A stretch of 64,000 nt of DNA from a virus (taxonomy: Duplodnaviria; Heunggongvirae; Uroviricota; Caudoviricetes). Under the pieces are notes generated by a model. It made no database searches and had not been told where the DNA came from. It saw only the letters and a list, made by a program, of their open reading frames with translations. Made by a program: the position numbers and the translations under genes. Position 1 is the stretch's first letter. Each line of letters opens with the position of its first letter. The DNA lies in IMG/VR virus record IMGVR_UViG_3300020714_000006, one strand, 5' to 3'. Positions 1 to 9,487 of the stretch are shown here, piece after piece.

Positions 1-26
1 AACTGGGAAACACTTAAGGAATCAAA

Positions 27-212
27 ATGACACATAGAATTAAATTTGCGCCAGATTTTTTAGCATCATATGATGGCTCACCAGATCATCTTACTCATAT
101 ACTTAACAGAGTTCAAGAGATACTAGATTCCGGCGAATCTTTAGAAAATATGGCAACATCTATAACATATGGTGTTGGTTCTTACGATACTGTGCTTTCA
201 ATTACTATATAG
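27..212 (+). CDS. hypothetical protein
   Basis: 61-aa ORF with AAGGA SD upstream, in a co-oriented run. Confidence 0.6.
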   Translation: MTHRIKFAPDFLASYDGSPDHLTHILNRVQEILDSGESLENMATSITYGVGSYDTVLSITI

Positions 213-219
213 GAAACTT

Positions 220-663
220 ATGAAAGAACTCAAAGCAGAAATACCAGCAGCTGGGATATTAAAAAATTTTGACTATGGTGATATTATGTATTATACTGTT
301 ACCTGCCAATGTGGAAATCCAGAAGATAACATTAGATTTAGTGTTGAATTGGAAGCAGATGCATATGATATAACTTTAACTACTGAATTTACACCAAGAA
401 TTGCATATTGGGGCAGCTTTATTGGGTCTAGTTCGTTTGAAAATTCATGGTTATACCGTATTGATTCCTGTATTCGTAATATTATAAATGCGTTATATTA
501 TAAATTAAAATTGACTTATGATATCTGGTTTACAGGTGAAATAAAATATTGTCAAACAACTATGATGACAGAGCAGCAAGCATTGAATTATGCAGCTACA
601 ATAAATCAATCAATAAAAGATTTAAGAAAATTAAGAGAAAAGGAAATTAAAAAACATGATTAA
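220..663 (+). CDS. hypothetical protein
   Basis: ORF track 169..663; start moved to ATG 220 (AGGA SD); overlaps next gene. Confidence 0.65.
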   Translation: MKELKAEIPAAGILKNFDYGDIMYYTVTCQCGNPEDNIRFSVELEADAYDITLTTEFTPRIAYWGSFIGSSSFENSWLYRIDSCIRNIINALYYKLKLTYDIWFTGEIKYCQTTMMTEQQALNYAATINQSIKDLRKLREKEIKKHD

Positions 664-1123
664 AAAGTTTTTTAAAGATATTACCGGTATAACTGCAAAA
701 GAGGCTGCTGAAAAAGAGCAAGCACTTATACAACAGAAAACAGCACAACGTAAAATAGAATTGGCTGAAAAACGTAGAATAGCTAAAGAATATAAGAAAG
801 AAAAAGAAGCTGAATTAAAACTTACACCTAAAGAAATTGCTACTAAGAAAAAAGAACCTTGGGTAGATGTTATTGGATTTAATATTAATAAAGATAACAT
901 TAGAAATGGATTCTATGAACTAGATTGGAATGAATATTTTATTGCTGAATTAAAACGTGAAGAATATGGGTTCGAAGGTGATCCTGAAGAAGAAATAGTA
1001 AGTAGATGGTTTAGAGATATTTGTATCAATGCAGCAATGGAAGAAGGGGTTGATATGACTGATAGATCATCTGGATATATTAATGTAACTAAATTAGCAA
1101 ACGGAAAATCAGAAGTAAAATGA
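656..1123 (+). CDS. hypothetical phage protein
   Basis: 155-aa ORF, coupled to the upstream gene. Confidence 0.7.
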   Translation: MIKKFFKDITGITAKEAAEKEQALIQQKTAQRKIELAEKRRIAKEYKKEKEAELKLTPKEIATKKKEPWVDVIGFNINKDNIRNGFYELDWNEYFIAELKREEYGFEGDPEEEIVSRWFRDICINAAMEEGVDMTDRSSGYINVTKLANGKSEVK

Positions 1124-1198
1124 CATCACCAAATATATACTATGTTTGAAAAAAGACACTTCTTATAATAGTACACAATTACGCATATTTTAATGAAT

Positions 1199-1228
1199 AA
1201 AATGGACATACAATATTATGTCCATTTT
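1199..1228. terminator. 12-bp inverted repeat at the 3' end of the antisense endonuclease gene
   Basis: AAAATGGACATA-caatat-TATGTCCATTTT between convergent genes. Confidence 0.45.
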
Positions 1229-1973
1229 TCAATAATTAAATAATTTTTATATATTCTACATTCTTTATTAGCTTTCCAGAATGCTTTATAACTTAATTCA
1301 TTCATTTCACACCATCGTTTGAGATTAACAATTTCAAAAATTATATCAGTTTCTATGTTTTTAATAATATATTTTTTTGATCTAGTTGGTTCAGTAGATA
1401 TTCCTTTATTCCACGGAATTCTACCTTTAGCAGAACTAGCCATTTTTGTTTTGATTCATCACTAAAAGTTCTACCTGATTGTGCAACTGACATTTTTTTC
1501 TTTGTTTCATCTGACCGCTTTTGACCAGTATTTTTTGAAACTCTAATAGCAATTTGTTCTGGTGATTGTGGTTGGCGTTTTTTGTTATTCTCACTAATAC
1601 GTTTTTTGTCATCATCAGACCACATAGAGATTCCTTTATTCCATGGGATTCTACTTTTACATGCTTCCCCAATACGTTTCCGAACTACATCAGATTGTCT
1701 TCCACCATCGCCGCATTCTTCTTTAAGATTAGCCCATTCATTCGATTCAACAATATTCCATAATTTACTATAATATAATCCAATTTCTTTTAATTCTTCT
1801 TTGGATGTACATTCGTGTAAAATTTCAGTAATATAATCAAATCCATGAACTTTAAGATGGGATAACCAATATACACCGCTACCTGTATATTTGTGTGGGT
1901 CTATTGCACGTGTTTGACCTAGATATTTTAAACCAGTTTTTTGATGTGTTTTTACATATAGATAAATAATCAT
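1216..1973 (-). pseudogene. GIY-YIG/NUMOD3 homing endonuclease, frameshifted near 1443-1447
   Basis: N-terminus IYLYVKTH...KYLGQT...YTGSG (GIY-YIG-like) plus PWNKG/NUMOD3 repeats. ORF 1353..1973 loses sense after ESKQK while ORF 1216..1443 continues MASSAKGRIPWNKG; one extra A joins them into ~252 aa. Confidence 0.75.
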
Positions 1974-2052
1974 GTTGATACTCCGTTAAGTATTAAAGTA
2001 GTTGGGACGGCAATCCGCGAGCTACATCTTTATTTATCATTTCTTCTTGACA
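1971..2052 (-). promoter_or_regulatory. endonuclease leader module, copy 1 (late promoter + stem-loop + SD-masking helix)
   Basis: Near-identical to 8120-8202 and similar to 10246-10340. Confidence 0.85.
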
Positions 2053-2075
2053 ATTTACTTTGAATGTTATATAAT
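2047..2075 (+). promoter_or_regulatory. sigma70-type early promoter
   Basis: TTGACA-17 bp-TATAAT. Confidence 0.85.
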
Positions 2076-2103
2076 ATACTTTTAAATTTATAAAGGAATT
2101 ATT

Positions 2104-3090
2104 ATGACTTACTTACTGATAGACTTATCAAATATGTTTTATCGCTCTCGACATGCAATACAAGGAAATGCAGATTTAAAGTTAGGTATGGCATTTCATA
2201 TTACTTTTAACAGTATTAAAAAAGCTTGGCAAGACTTCGATGGTAAACATGTAGTAGTATGTCTGGAAGGGCGCAGTTGGCGAAAAGATTATTATGAACC
2301 ATATAAGCGTAATAGATCTGATACTCGTTCTGCAATGTCACCAAAAGAACAAGCGGAAGAAAAACTGTTTTGGGAAGCATTTGATGAATTTAAAAATTTT
2401 ATCATCGAAAAAACTAATTGCACGGTATTGCACCATCCACAATTAGAAGCAGATGATCTAATTGCTGGGTTTATTCAAAGTCATCCAAACTGTAAACATG
2501 TTATAATTAGTTCTGATAGTGATTTTCAACAATTAATAAGTGAAAATGTTAGTCAATATAATGGAATAGCAGATCAACATATAACACATGAAGGATATTT
2601 TGATGCAAAAGGCAAACCAGTTAAAGATAAAAAAACTGGTGAAATTAAAATGCCATTAAATCCAGAATGGATGTTATTTGAAAAATGTATGCGTGGTGAC
2701 ACTAGTGATAACGTATTTAGTGCATATCCTGGTGTTAGAACAAAAGGCACTAAGAATAAAGTTGGATTAACTGAAGCATTTAATGATCGTAATTCCAAAG
2801 GATATAATTGGAATAATATTATGCTACAACGATGGGCTGATCATAATGGAATTGAACATAGAGTATTAGATGATTATAATAGAAATGTTACTCTAATTGA
2901 TTTAACAGCTCAGCCAACTGATATTAGAGCAATGATAACTGAAACAATAGAAACGAATTCAACACCAAAAGAAGTTGCACAAGTTGGGATTCGTATGTTA
3001 AAATTTTGTCAGTCGTATGATATGAAACGAATGATGGATAATATTCAGCAATATGCTGAACCTTTTCAAGCAAGATATACAGGAGAATAA
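2104..3090 (+). CDS. rnh: T4-like RNase H / 5'-3' exonuclease (FEN family)
   Basis: LLIDLSN, SWRKDYYEPYKRNR, LEADDLIA, IISSDSDFQQL, GDTSDNV motifs. Confidence 0.9.
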   Translation: MTYLLIDLSNMFYRSRHAIQGNADLKLGMAFHITFNSIKKAWQDFDGKHVVVCLEGRSWRKDYYEPYKRNRSDTRSAMSPKEQAEEKLFWEAFDEFKNFIIEKTNCTVLHHPQLEADDLIAGFIQSHPNCKHVIISSDSDFQQLISENVSQYNGIADQHITHEGYFDAKGKPVKDKKTGEIKMPLNPEWMLFEKCMRGDTSDNVFSAYPGVRTKGTKNKVGLTEAFNDRNSKGYNWNNIMLQRWADHNGIEHRVLDDYNRNVTLIDLTAQPTDIRAMITETIETNSTPKEVAQVGIRMLKFCQSYDMKRMMDNIQQYAEPFQARYTGE

Positions 3091-3091
3091 T

Positions 3092-3289
3092 ATGGCAGTA
3101 ACATATGCAAGTGAAAAATTGAAAAAAGTAGATGAATCATATACTATTAACAAATACGATAATGGTTATATGATTGAAGTAAGTGGACGTGATGAAAATG
3201 ATGACTGGGCTACTGCAAAAATCATAGCTTTATCGTTTGATGAAGTAATCGAAATTATCGAAGATGTAGATACATTACCGAGGACATAA
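3092..3289 (+). CDS. hypothetical protein
   Basis: AGGAG SD before ATG 3092. Confidence 0.7.
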   Translation: MAVTYASEKLKKVDESYTINKYDNGYMIEVSGRDENDDWATAKIIALSFDEVIEIIEDVDTLPRT

Positions 3290-3957
3290 TGTCAGAAAAT
3301 AAAGATCCAACAATTGAAGAACAACGTGAATTACTGCAAACTATTAAATTTACACCTAAAACTTACAAAGTAGAAATTGAAGGAAGAGGTGGAGAAATAG
3401 TAGTTGGTAAAGTACCACGCGAAGCATACGATTATTTAGAAGATAATGGTATTGATATTGAAGAATTTATAGAAGATGAAGAAAATGAATTTGCGGTTCC
3501 AGAAGAATATCAATTTATTTGTGAAGGAGCATGGTTTGAATGTGATAACTTAGCACATGAAAATGGTGCTGAAATGTCAGATATTAGTGAAGTTATCGTA
3601 TATGATGATAATTCTAATGAAGTTTGGCGACATTATTTGGACATTGGGTTATTACAGGATTCTGAAATAGAACTGGATGAAATAGCCGAATGTTATATTG
3701 AAGAACAACCAGATGGTACTGCCGTATTTCTTGGACAAACAACCGAGAAAGGTAAATTTTTTGGTGGGGAATTTGTAATTAAAGACGATTTTGATCCAAC
3801 TAAATTTAAAATTGAATACAGTGATATCGATGGATGGAATATATTTTCAAGTATTCAATATAATGGTGAATACATTGATAATAATGAATATGACACTGTT
3901 GGCAAAGGAATAATGTTTGATTTACAGTTAGTTGAAAATACATCTAATAAAACTTGA
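3289..3957 (+). CDS. highly acidic hypothetical protein
   Basis: 222-aa ORF, TAATG coupling, D/E-rich throughout. Confidence 0.75.
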   Translation: MSENKDPTIEEQRELLQTIKFTPKTYKVEIEGRGGEIVVGKVPREAYDYLEDNGIDIEEFIEDEENEFAVPEEYQFICEGAWFECDNLAHENGAEMSDISEVIVYDDNSNEVWRHYLDIGLLQDSEIELDEIAECYIEEQPDGTAVFLGQTTEKGKFFGGEFVIKDDFDPTKFKIEYSDIDGWNIFSSIQYNGEYIDNNEYDTVGKGIMFDLQLVENTSNKT

Positions 3958-3982
3958 CAATACTAATATAGTGTTTTATAAT
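3954..3982 (+). promoter_or_regulatory. sigma70-type early promoter
   Basis: TTGACA-17 bp-TATAAT. Confidence 0.85.
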
Positions 3983-4025
3983 ACACACTTTATAAAACAC
4001 TAACTTTAATTAACGAGGAAATACA

Positions 4026-4544
4026 ATGTCATCGATCATTACAACTGAAGTCGTAGAAGATACTTCATACGCAGGAACCCGTAAAAAAAGAAAGACAACT
4101 GAGTTATCAGTAGTAAAACAAGAGAATCCAATAACTAAATTTTTTAATACATTAAATGTAAAAAAAATGGTAGATAGTCACAAATTTACAAAAGTATGGT
4201 TAGATAGAAATATTCACTATGCTGAAGTTTTTTCTACTTCAATAGAATTAGAAAAATTAACATTCCAGCAATACGTATTCGTCGAAGATACTAAAGAATT
4301 GGCAACAAAATTAGATAGAATTGGATTTGTTGAACAAATCGGGTATCCAGATGAAATACATTTTAAGAAATTTTCTCGTATGATGTACAATGCTGAATAT
4401 AATATTGCATTGAGTTTATATAAACCACAATATAAAAAAGCAATCATGGTTGCTAATGAAGTGGTTGAAACAGCAGGAATCAATGGGCAAGTAGGATTAA
4501 ATGTATTTCTATCAACTATTAATGTTTTAATAAGTAAGGATTAA
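4026..4544 (+). CDS. hypothetical protein
   Basis: 172-aa ORF with GAGGA SD downstream of a promoter. Confidence 0.75.
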   Translation: MSSIITTEVVEDTSYAGTRKKRKTTELSVVKQENPITKFFNTLNVKKMVDSHKFTKVWLDRNIHYAEVFSTSIELEKLTFQQYVFVEDTKELATKLDRIGFVEQIGYPDEIHFKKFSRMMYNAEYNIALSLYKPQYKKAIMVANEVVETAGINGQVGLNVFLSTINVLISKD

Positions 4545-4546
4545 TA

Positions 4547-5017
4547 ATGACAGAACTTCATGCGAAACCTATAATAGATGGTAAATTTTGGATTGTAGAA
4601 CGCAATGGTGAAAAAGTTGCAACATTGCATAAACATGAAAATAATAAATTCATGCTGTCAAATAATGATGGTGAAGTATGGTTTAATAAAAGAGAAGAAT
4701 TAATTTCCCAATTTGGGAATAAATTCTTCTTGACTGACAATATGTTTGATGTTAATATAACAGAACAAACAGAATGTCATGGTTTTCCAACTAAGTCAAC
4801 ACCATATAATACAATGTATGATGTTAAACGAAGATTACCATTATATACAAAACAAGAAAAAAGTAAGTGTCTGCATTGTGCTGGCTGGTATGTTGTTAAA
4901 TTTAAGAATTGGGTATTAGCATATTGTCCAAAATTAATAACAGTAGATCGTTATGAAACATATGGACCTTTTAAAACTAAAGCAGAGGCTACGAATTTTA
5001 AATGCAACATCAATTAA
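4547..5017 (+). CDS. hypothetical phage protein
   Basis: 156-aa ORF, AAGGA SD. Confidence 0.75.
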   Translation: MTELHAKPIIDGKFWIVERNGEKVATLHKHENNKFMLSNNDGEVWFNKREELISQFGNKFFLTDNMFDVNITEQTECHGFPTKSTPYNTMYDVKRRLPLYTKQEKSKCLHCAGWYVVKFKNWVLAYCPKLITVDRYETYGPFKTKAEATNFKCNIN

Positions 5018-5238
5018 ATACTACACCAATAACACAATTTACACAATTGCTACGAGCTTCTGAATTGTCACAACAAAAAGAAGTAAAGATGACAATTCAG
5101 CAAGCTAGGTTGCTAAACTTAGCATTATCTGATATGATGGAAAAACTTAATCAGGATTACGAAAGTATGTATAATGCTCTTAGAAAATCTGTTGATACAT
5201 CAGTAGTACAGGTTTTAATGGATGGTGGTGAGTTCTAA
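5002..5238 (+). CDS. hypothetical protein
   Basis: 78-aa ORF overlapping the upstream gene. Confidence 0.65.
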   Translation: MQHQLNTTPITQFTQLLRASELSQQKEVKMTIQQARLLNLALSDMMEKLNQDYESMYNALRKSVDTSVVQVLMDGGEF

Positions 5239-5272
5239 TAAGATAAATATATATGGAGTTAATGGAGATCTT

Positions 5273-5563
5273 ATGTCAAGACCACAACCATCTATATTGA
5301 TAGAATACACTGATAAAAAAACATACAAAACTGAACAAGTATTAGAAGCAGAAGGAAACGCTATATGGGCTGTATTTTATAAAAATACAGCATTTAATTT
5401 AAAATCATTTAATAGTTTAACAAGTTATCCTGGACCAAAATATAAGAAAACTAGTTTTTCTAACCCTGGCCATGCATATAACTTATCTAAAAAATTAAAT
5501 GAACAATTTAATTGCAATGATTTTAAAGTAGTTAAGTTAACTACTGGAATAGTAATGGAATGA
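5273..5563 (+). CDS. hypothetical phage protein
   Basis: ORF track 5222..5563; start moved to ATG 5273 (GGAG SD, GATAAATA at 5242-5249). Confidence 0.7.
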   Translation: MSRPQPSILIEYTDKKTYKTEQVLEAEGNAIWAVFYKNTAFNLKSFNSLTSYPGPKYKKTSFSNPGHAYNLSKKLNEQFNCNDFKVVKLTTGIVME

Positions 5564-5943
5564 TTGATAGAGATGATTTAACTAAAGTTTTTCTTAAAAA
5601 TTGGGGCAAGAGCACCGATGAAGCAAATTTGCAATTTTATTCTAGGGAATGGTGGGTATCTAATAGAAATAAATCTTTTAGATTAACCCCTATTGGTCTG
5701 GAGTTTTTAACAAAAACTTTAGAATTAAAACCTTACACAATTCCATTTACAGAAAGTATTGACAAGAGTCCGCAAACAATGATATACTTGTCTCGCTTTA
5801 TTGATTCACCGTTTTATTTAACAAATAATAATATTACGGTGTTTTCAGAAATTAAGAGTTTTGAATTACATTTATTTTCAGATGATATTAGAAAATATGG
5901 TATAATAAAATCTCTTAATCATAGAAAAAATTATTTAAAATAG
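5560..5943 (+). CDS. hypothetical protein
   Basis: 127-aa ORF, ATGA overlap. Confidence 0.7.
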   Translation: MIDRDDLTKVFLKNWGKSTDEANLQFYSREWWVSNRNKSFRLTPIGLEFLTKTLELKPYTIPFTESIDKSPQTMIYLSRFIDSPFYLTNNNITVFSEIKSFELHLFSDDIRKYGIIKSLNHRKNYLK

Positions 5944-5946
5944 TAG

Positions 5947-5975
5947 TTGACAACCTTTAAATAACATAGTAAAAT
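5947..5975 (+). promoter_or_regulatory. sigma70-type early promoter
   Basis: TTGACA-17 bp-TAAAAT. Confidence 0.75.
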
Positions 5976-6026
5976 ACACACTTAGTTAGACAATTTAATT
6001 TTAACCACAACACAGAGAGTAACACA

Positions 6027-7112
6027 ATGAGTGAACATCGCGCAGTAGGTCCTAAATCAGCTAAAAAAGCAATCGTTAAAGCTTTAAAAGTTAAGCGTCC
6101 AATTTTCATCTGGGGTCCTCCAGGTATTGGTAAATCAGATTTGATCAAACAAATTGGAGAAGATGCTCCAAATGATTTGGTGATTGATGTTCGTTTATCA
6201 TTATGGGATCCAACTGATATTAAAGGTGTACCATACTTTGATGAAAATTCTGGTACAATGAAATGGGCACCACCATCTGAATTACCAGGTATGGAATTTG
6301 CTACACAATACGATAGAATTATTTTATTCTTAGATGAGATGAATTCAGCTGCACCATCTGTTCAATCAGCTGCATATCAGTTGGTATTGAATCGTAAAGT
6401 TGGTACATACCATTTACCAGATAATGTTGTTATCGTAGCTGCTGGTAATCGTGAAGGCGATAAAGGTGTAACATATCGTATGCCAGCACCATTATCTAAT
6501 CGTTTTATCCATGTTGAAATGGAACATAAATTTGACGATTGGTTTGAATGGGCAACTGAAAACAAAATTCATAAAGATATTGTGGGTTTCTTGAACTGGT
6601 CTAAAGCTGATTTATATAGTTTTGACCCAAAATCAAGTTCACGTGCATTCTCAACACCACGTTCTTGGTCATTTGTTAGCGAATTGTTAACTGAAAATGA
6701 TTGTGATGATGAAACATTGATGACTTTAATGTCAGGTTCTGTTGGTGAAGGTGTTGCATTAAAATTTGGTGCTTACCAAAAGTTATCTGGTAAAATGCCA
6801 AACCCAACTGATATCTTAAAAGGTAAAGTTACTAAACTTGACTATAAAGAAATCTCAGCAATGTATTCATTGACAGTTGGGTTATGCTATGAATTAAAAG
6901 ACGGTGCAGACCGTAAAGACAAAGATTGGAATGATCAAGTTAACCACTTCTTCCAATTTATGATGGATAACTTTGAAACTGAGTTAGTAATTATGGGTAC
7001 CAAAATTGCATTGGCTACTTATAAATTACCATTAGATGTCGATGAAATTAAATGCTTCATGGATTTCCATAAACGTTACGGAAAATATATATCGCAAGCT
7101 ACTGATAATTAA
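6027..7112 (+). CDS. MoxR-like / AAA_5 AAA+ ATPase
   Basis: Walker A GPPGIGKS, Walker B ILFLDE, IVAAGN, PLSNRF, TPRSW. Confidence 0.9.
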   Translation: MSEHRAVGPKSAKKAIVKALKVKRPIFIWGPPGIGKSDLIKQIGEDAPNDLVIDVRLSLWDPTDIKGVPYFDENSGTMKWAPPSELPGMEFATQYDRIILFLDEMNSAAPSVQSAAYQLVLNRKVGTYHLPDNVVIVAAGNREGDKGVTYRMPAPLSNRFIHVEMEHKFDDWFEWATENKIHKDIVGFLNWSKADLYSFDPKSSSRAFSTPRSWSFVSELLTENDCDDETLMTLMSGSVGEGVALKFGAYQKLSGKMPNPTDILKGKVTKLDYKEISAMYSLTVGLCYELKDGADRKDKDWNDQVNHFFQFMMDNFETELVIMGTKIALATYKLPLDVDEIKCFMDFHKRYGKYISQATDN

Positions 7113-7120
7113 GGAGTTTT

Positions 7121-7154
7121 TTAAACAGGTATTATTGAACTAATACCTGTTTAA
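7121..7154. terminator. 14-bp perfect inverted repeat between convergent genes
   Basis: TTAAACAGGTATTA-ttgaac-TAATACCTGTTTAA. Confidence 0.55.
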
Positions 7155-7165
7155 TTTCTTATTAC

Positions 7166-8122
7166 TTATCCCAATATCCAAAATTCATGGGAGTATCCAG
7201 CATCGATACTCCCTTTATGTTTTGCAGCATTCTTTGAAACCCATTCTTCCTTTCCAGAATATGTCCATGTAGACTTAACTTCTATTATTCTTTTTTCATG
7301 TGGTATTACGATATCAGGATGGTATATATGCCATTTATCATCACCAATACCATCATCAGCAGGCCAGAAATATGGTATAGATGGTCTATTTCTTAATAGC
7401 AATTCCTCTTCTTTATAACCAGATTCCAATAATAAATCTAGTGCTCTTGGTTCATATCCTTGAACATTTACGGTATTCCCTGATGGAAATGTATAAACTT
7501 TATTGCTATTAGTAACTTGGTTATCTATATATGCAACAGTTTGAGTATAATACGCAGCTCCAAATAGTTTGATATTCGTTTCTTCACGTTTTTTAGTTAT
7601 TTTCAATCTAGTTTCTAGATCTCTTTTCTTACCAGAAATCTTTATTTGGTTAGAAAAATCTTTTGTTAATTGGTATCTTTCCACGCCATACGTCTCAATA
7701 CATTTTGATTTAATCTTATCTTTACCATATTTCGATGAGTATAAGTTTTCAGAACCGAATAATTTCATGCATGTATTTTTTCTTATTGCCAAGGTATCTG
7801 GATCGTTGCCAGCACATTTTGCACCACACCATTTTGGAAATGTATTGCCTATTGTTCTAAAATTATGAATTTCATTATTGCACATTTTGCAATAATGGTG
7901 TCCCCAATCATCATTGATTATTCGGTAATAAATTTCTTTTGGACTATATCCTTGTTTATGATATAATAAATTATGTTTTTCAAATAATTGTCTAAATTTC
8001 ATATTAGTAACTGATGGATTTAGATTTATGCTACTTTCAAATGCATCTATTAACGATTTGGATAGTGATGGGTTTTGTGATAAAATTTTATGTATGCCAA
8101 GCATACTTGGATAAATATTCAT
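7166..8122 (-). CDS. putative homing endonuclease with Zn-finger, (K/L)(Y/F)G repeats and C-terminal PD-(D/E)XK-like domain
   Basis: CKMC...WCGAKC; repeats KLFGSE/ETYGVE/KLFGAA; C-terminal YHPDIVIP...IIEVKS. Confidence 0.7.
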   Translation of the reverse strand: MNIYPSMLGIHKILSQNPSLSKSLIDAFESSINLNPSVTNMKFRQLFEKHNLLYHKQGYSPKEIYYRIINDDWGHHYCKMCNNEIHNFRTIGNTFPKWCGAKCAGNDPDTLAIRKNTCMKLFGSENLYSSKYGKDKIKSKCIETYGVERYQLTKDFSNQIKISGKKRDLETRLKITKKREETNIKLFGAAYYTQTVAYIDNQVTNSNKVYTFPSGNTVNVQGYEPRALDLLLESGYKEEELLLRNRPSIPYFWPADDGIGDDKWHIYHPDIVIPHEKRIIEVKSTWTYSGKEEWVSKNAAKHKGSIDAGYSHEFWILG

Positions 8123-8202
8123 GTTGATACTCCTTGTAAGTATTAAAGTAGTTGGGACGGCAATCCGCGAACTACGTCTTTATTTATCATTTCTTCTTGA
8201 CA
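8120..8202 (-). promoter_or_regulatory. endonuclease leader module, copy 2
   Basis: 8137-8202 matches 1987-2052 at 64/66 positions; CATGTTGATACTCC also shared. Confidence 0.85.
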
Positions 8203-8225
8203 TACCAATAAAACCCCGGTATAAT
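8197..8225 (+). promoter_or_regulatory. sigma70-type early promoter
   Basis: TTGACA-17 bp-TATAAT. Confidence 0.85.
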
Positions 8226-8269
8226 ACAACTTTTCAACCAAACAACTTCAATCAAACATAGGAAATAAA

Positions 8270-9487
8270 ATGTCAGATCCAGTTTTAGATAAAATTATAG
8301 ATAATATTATTATCGCGCGTGTAGGTCTTCTACTACGTCATCCATTCTTTGGTAATTTAGCAACTCGTTTAATTATTAAAGAAGGTGGTGAATGGTGTAA
8401 AACTGCGGCAACAGAAGGTAGACACATATTCTTTAATAAAGAATTCTTTGCTCCATTAACTGTTAAACAAATTGAGTTTGTATTAGCTCACGAAATTCTT
8501 CATAACGCATTTGACCATATGGGTCGTCGTGAAGGTCGTCATCCAAAACTATTTAATTTTTCGGCTGATTATTGTGTAAACGGCCAAATTGTTCGTGATA
8601 AAATTGGTGATCATAACATCCCAGGCATTCAAATTCTACATGATACACAATATTATGGCATGGGTGCTGAAGAAATATATGATCTTCTAAAAGATAAAAA
8701 TGACGAAATGTTAGATCAATTAGGTGAACTATTAGACCAACATTTTGATTGGGAGTCATCAGATGGTGATAGTGATGGTGATGGTTCTGGAAATGGTAGT
8801 GGTAGACCAGTTTACACACAAGAAGAATTACGCCAAATCCGTGATGAAGTTCGTGAAGCAGTAATGACAGCTGCACAAGCCGCTGGCGCAGGTAGTACAC
8901 CAGGTTTGATTCAACGAATGATTAAAGATCTTACCGAACCTAAAATGAATTGGCGTGAAATTTTACAACAACAAATTCAAAGTGTAATTAAAGATGATTA
9001 TACTTGGATGCGTCCAAATAAAAAAGCATGGCATTTATCAGCAGTATTACCAGGTTCTAGTCTTCGTGATACCATTGATATTGTAGTTGCTATTGATATG
9101 TCTGGTTCTATTGGGGATGACCAAGCTAGAGACTTTATGAGTGAAATTAAGGGTATTATGCAACAATACCAAGATTTTAAAATTAAAGTATTTTGCTTTG
9201 ATACACAAGTATATAACGAAGCTGATTTTGATGGATATAACATCGATGATTTTGATTTCTACCAACCTATGGGTGGTGGTGGAACCGACTTCATGTGTGT
9301 GTGGGATTATATGAAAGAAAAAGAAATACAGCCGAGTAGACTACTTTTCTTTACTGATATGTATCCATGTGGATCTTGGGGCGACGAATCTTATTGCGAA
9401 ACTATATTTGTTGCTCATGGAACGACTACAATAGAAGCTCCATTTGGTACAACTTGTTATTATGAGTTTAGTAATCAAACTGCTTGA
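8270..9487 (+). CDS. DUF2201-type putative metallopeptidase + VWA domain protein (MoxR partner)
   Basis: HEILH zincin motif; MIDAS IDMSGS; GGGGTDF; LLFFTD. Confidence 0.85.
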   Translation: MSDPVLDKIIDNIIIARVGLLLRHPFFGNLATRLIIKEGGEWCKTAATEGRHIFFNKEFFAPLTVKQIEFVLAHEILHNAFDHMGRREGRHPKLFNFSADYCVNGQIVRDKIGDHNIPGIQILHDTQYYGMGAEEIYDLLKDKNDEMLDQLGELLDQHFDWESSDGDSDGDGSGNGSGRPVYTQEELRQIRDEVREAVMTAAQAAGAGSTPGLIQRMIKDLTEPKMNWREILQQQIQSVIKDDYTWMRPNKKAWHLSAVLPGSSLRDTIDIVVAIDMSGSIGDDQARDFMSEIKGIMQQYQDFKIKVFCFDTQVYNEADFDGYNIDDFDFYQPMGGGGTDFMCVWDYMKEKEIQPSRLLFFTDMYPCGSWGDESYCETIFVAHGTTTIEAPFGTTCYYEFSNQTA

